8,900 nucleotides of DNA, taken from Octopus sinensis (lineage: Eukaryota). The notes under the pieces are model-generated. The model saw only the letters and a list, made by a program, of their open reading frames with translations, did not search any database and had not been told where the DNA came from. The first letter of the stretch is position 1; each line of letters starts with the position of its first letter. The position numbers were made by a program, and so were the translations under genes. Location of the stretch: positions 1 to 8,900 of the forward strand of contig NW_021828202.1 in assembly GCF_006345805.1 (NCBI RefSeq). The letters are read 5' to 3'. Positions 7,769 through 8,900 of this stretch are shown here, in pieces.

Positions 7769-7932
7769 TATATTTTTTTAATTTTGTGTATTTATTTTTT
7801 TATTTTTGCTTTTGTCTATTGTCGTTTCTCTTTTTATTTTTTTCGCGCCTGGGCATCGGTTTCTTCCACGTTTGTATTCTATTCGTTGGCTTTTGCAGAC
7901 AGAATATTGTTTTTATTGTTTTGTTTGTGTCT

Positions 7933-7977
7933 TGTGTGTGTGTGCGCGCGCGTATGTGTGTGTATGTGTGTGTGTGT
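7933..7977. repeat. Short compound (TG)n/(CG)n microsatellite
   Basis: Direct inspection of the sequence. Confidence 0.9.
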
Positions 7978-8285
7978 ATTATATTTCTATGATCTTTTAC
8001 TTCACAACTTCCGTCGTCCTACAGCGGACATTTTAATTTTCTAGGTGTCTGTAATCTTAGTAAATATGACCTTTCTATGTTAAATTTTCGACACTGTATA
8101 CCAAATGCAGTCATTAATTATTTTTCTTGTGTGTGTGTGTTTTTTTCTGACAATTAATTTAGCATCCACTTGAGAATATTACAGTTATAACATATTAATG
8201 AGACAGCCAATGTATTGAAGCTTATCACCATACTGGTGGATCAAGCTCTGCTTTAAGAATAAATCTTGTGTTTTTATTCTATCTT

Positions 8286-8900
8286 AGAAACATTAGCACG
8301 CCGGGCGAAATGCGTAGCCGTATTTCGTCTGCCGTTACGTTCTGAGTTCAAATTCCGCCGAGGTCGACTTGCCTTCATCCTCTCGGGGTCGATAAATTAG
8401 TACCAGTTACGCACTGGGGTCGAATGTAATCGACTTAATCCTTTGTCTGTCCTTGTTTGTCCCTCTATGTTTAGCCCCTTGTGGGTAATAAAGAAATGGG
8501 TTATTTCTCTGCCGTTACGTTCTGAGTTCAAATTCCGCCGAGGTCGACTTTGCCTTTCATTCTCTCGGGATCGATAAATTAAGTACCAGTTACGCACTGA
8601 GGCCGATGTAATCGACTTAATACCTATGTCTGTCCTTGTTTGTCCACTCTATGTTTAGCCCCTTGTGGGTAATAAAGAAATAGGTATTTCGTCTGCCGTT
8701 ACGTTCTGAGTTCAAATTCCTCCGAGGTCGACTTTGCCTTTCGTCCTTTCGGGGTCGATTAAATAAGTACCAGTTACGCACTGGGGGGTCGATATAATCG
8801 ATTTAAACCGTTTGTCTGTCCTTGCTTGTCCTCTCTGTGTTTAGCCGCCTGAGGGCAGTAAAGAAATAGGTATTTCGTCTGTCATTACGTTCTGAGTTCA
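8286..8900 (+). repeat. SINE multimer array 3: 5'-clipped head plus 3 full units and a partial (runs off the right edge)
   Basis: Partial head AGAAACATTAGCACGCCGGGCGAAATGCG, then unit starts at about 8319, 8499, 8683 and 8869. Confidence 0.93.

Noticed and set aside
7751-8044. Hydrophobic, Phe-rich ORFs resembling membrane peptides
   Set aside because: They are explained by T-rich low-complexity sequence plus (TG)n.

Overview
Eukaryotic, almost entirely repeat-derived DNA with no intact protein-coding gene. The repeat families, microsatellite density and zinc-finger style look like an octopus (cephalopod) genome; this is recognition from memory, not a database result. Contents: (1) three tandem arrays of a ~184-bp tRNA-SINE body (1-608, 6438-7768, 8286-8900); the middle one is a single SINE head plus 7 bodies inside one target-site duplication. 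(2) A SINE apparently split at its internal (TA)n tract by ~1.7 kb of stacked inserts, including an internally deleted mariner (2545-3408). (3) A 3' fragment of a CR1-type LINE. (4) A minus-strand non-autonomous Helitron with five tandem 5' ends and two 3' hairpin/CTAG termini, which sandwich one intact C2H2 zinc finger. (5) A full-length tRNA-derived SINE with a perfect 14-bp TSD. The best candidate for something new is the Helitron-bracketed zinc-finger module (4662-5805), followed by the TSD-flanked SINE multimer. Most ORFs in the supplied track are microsatellite or repeat artefacts.
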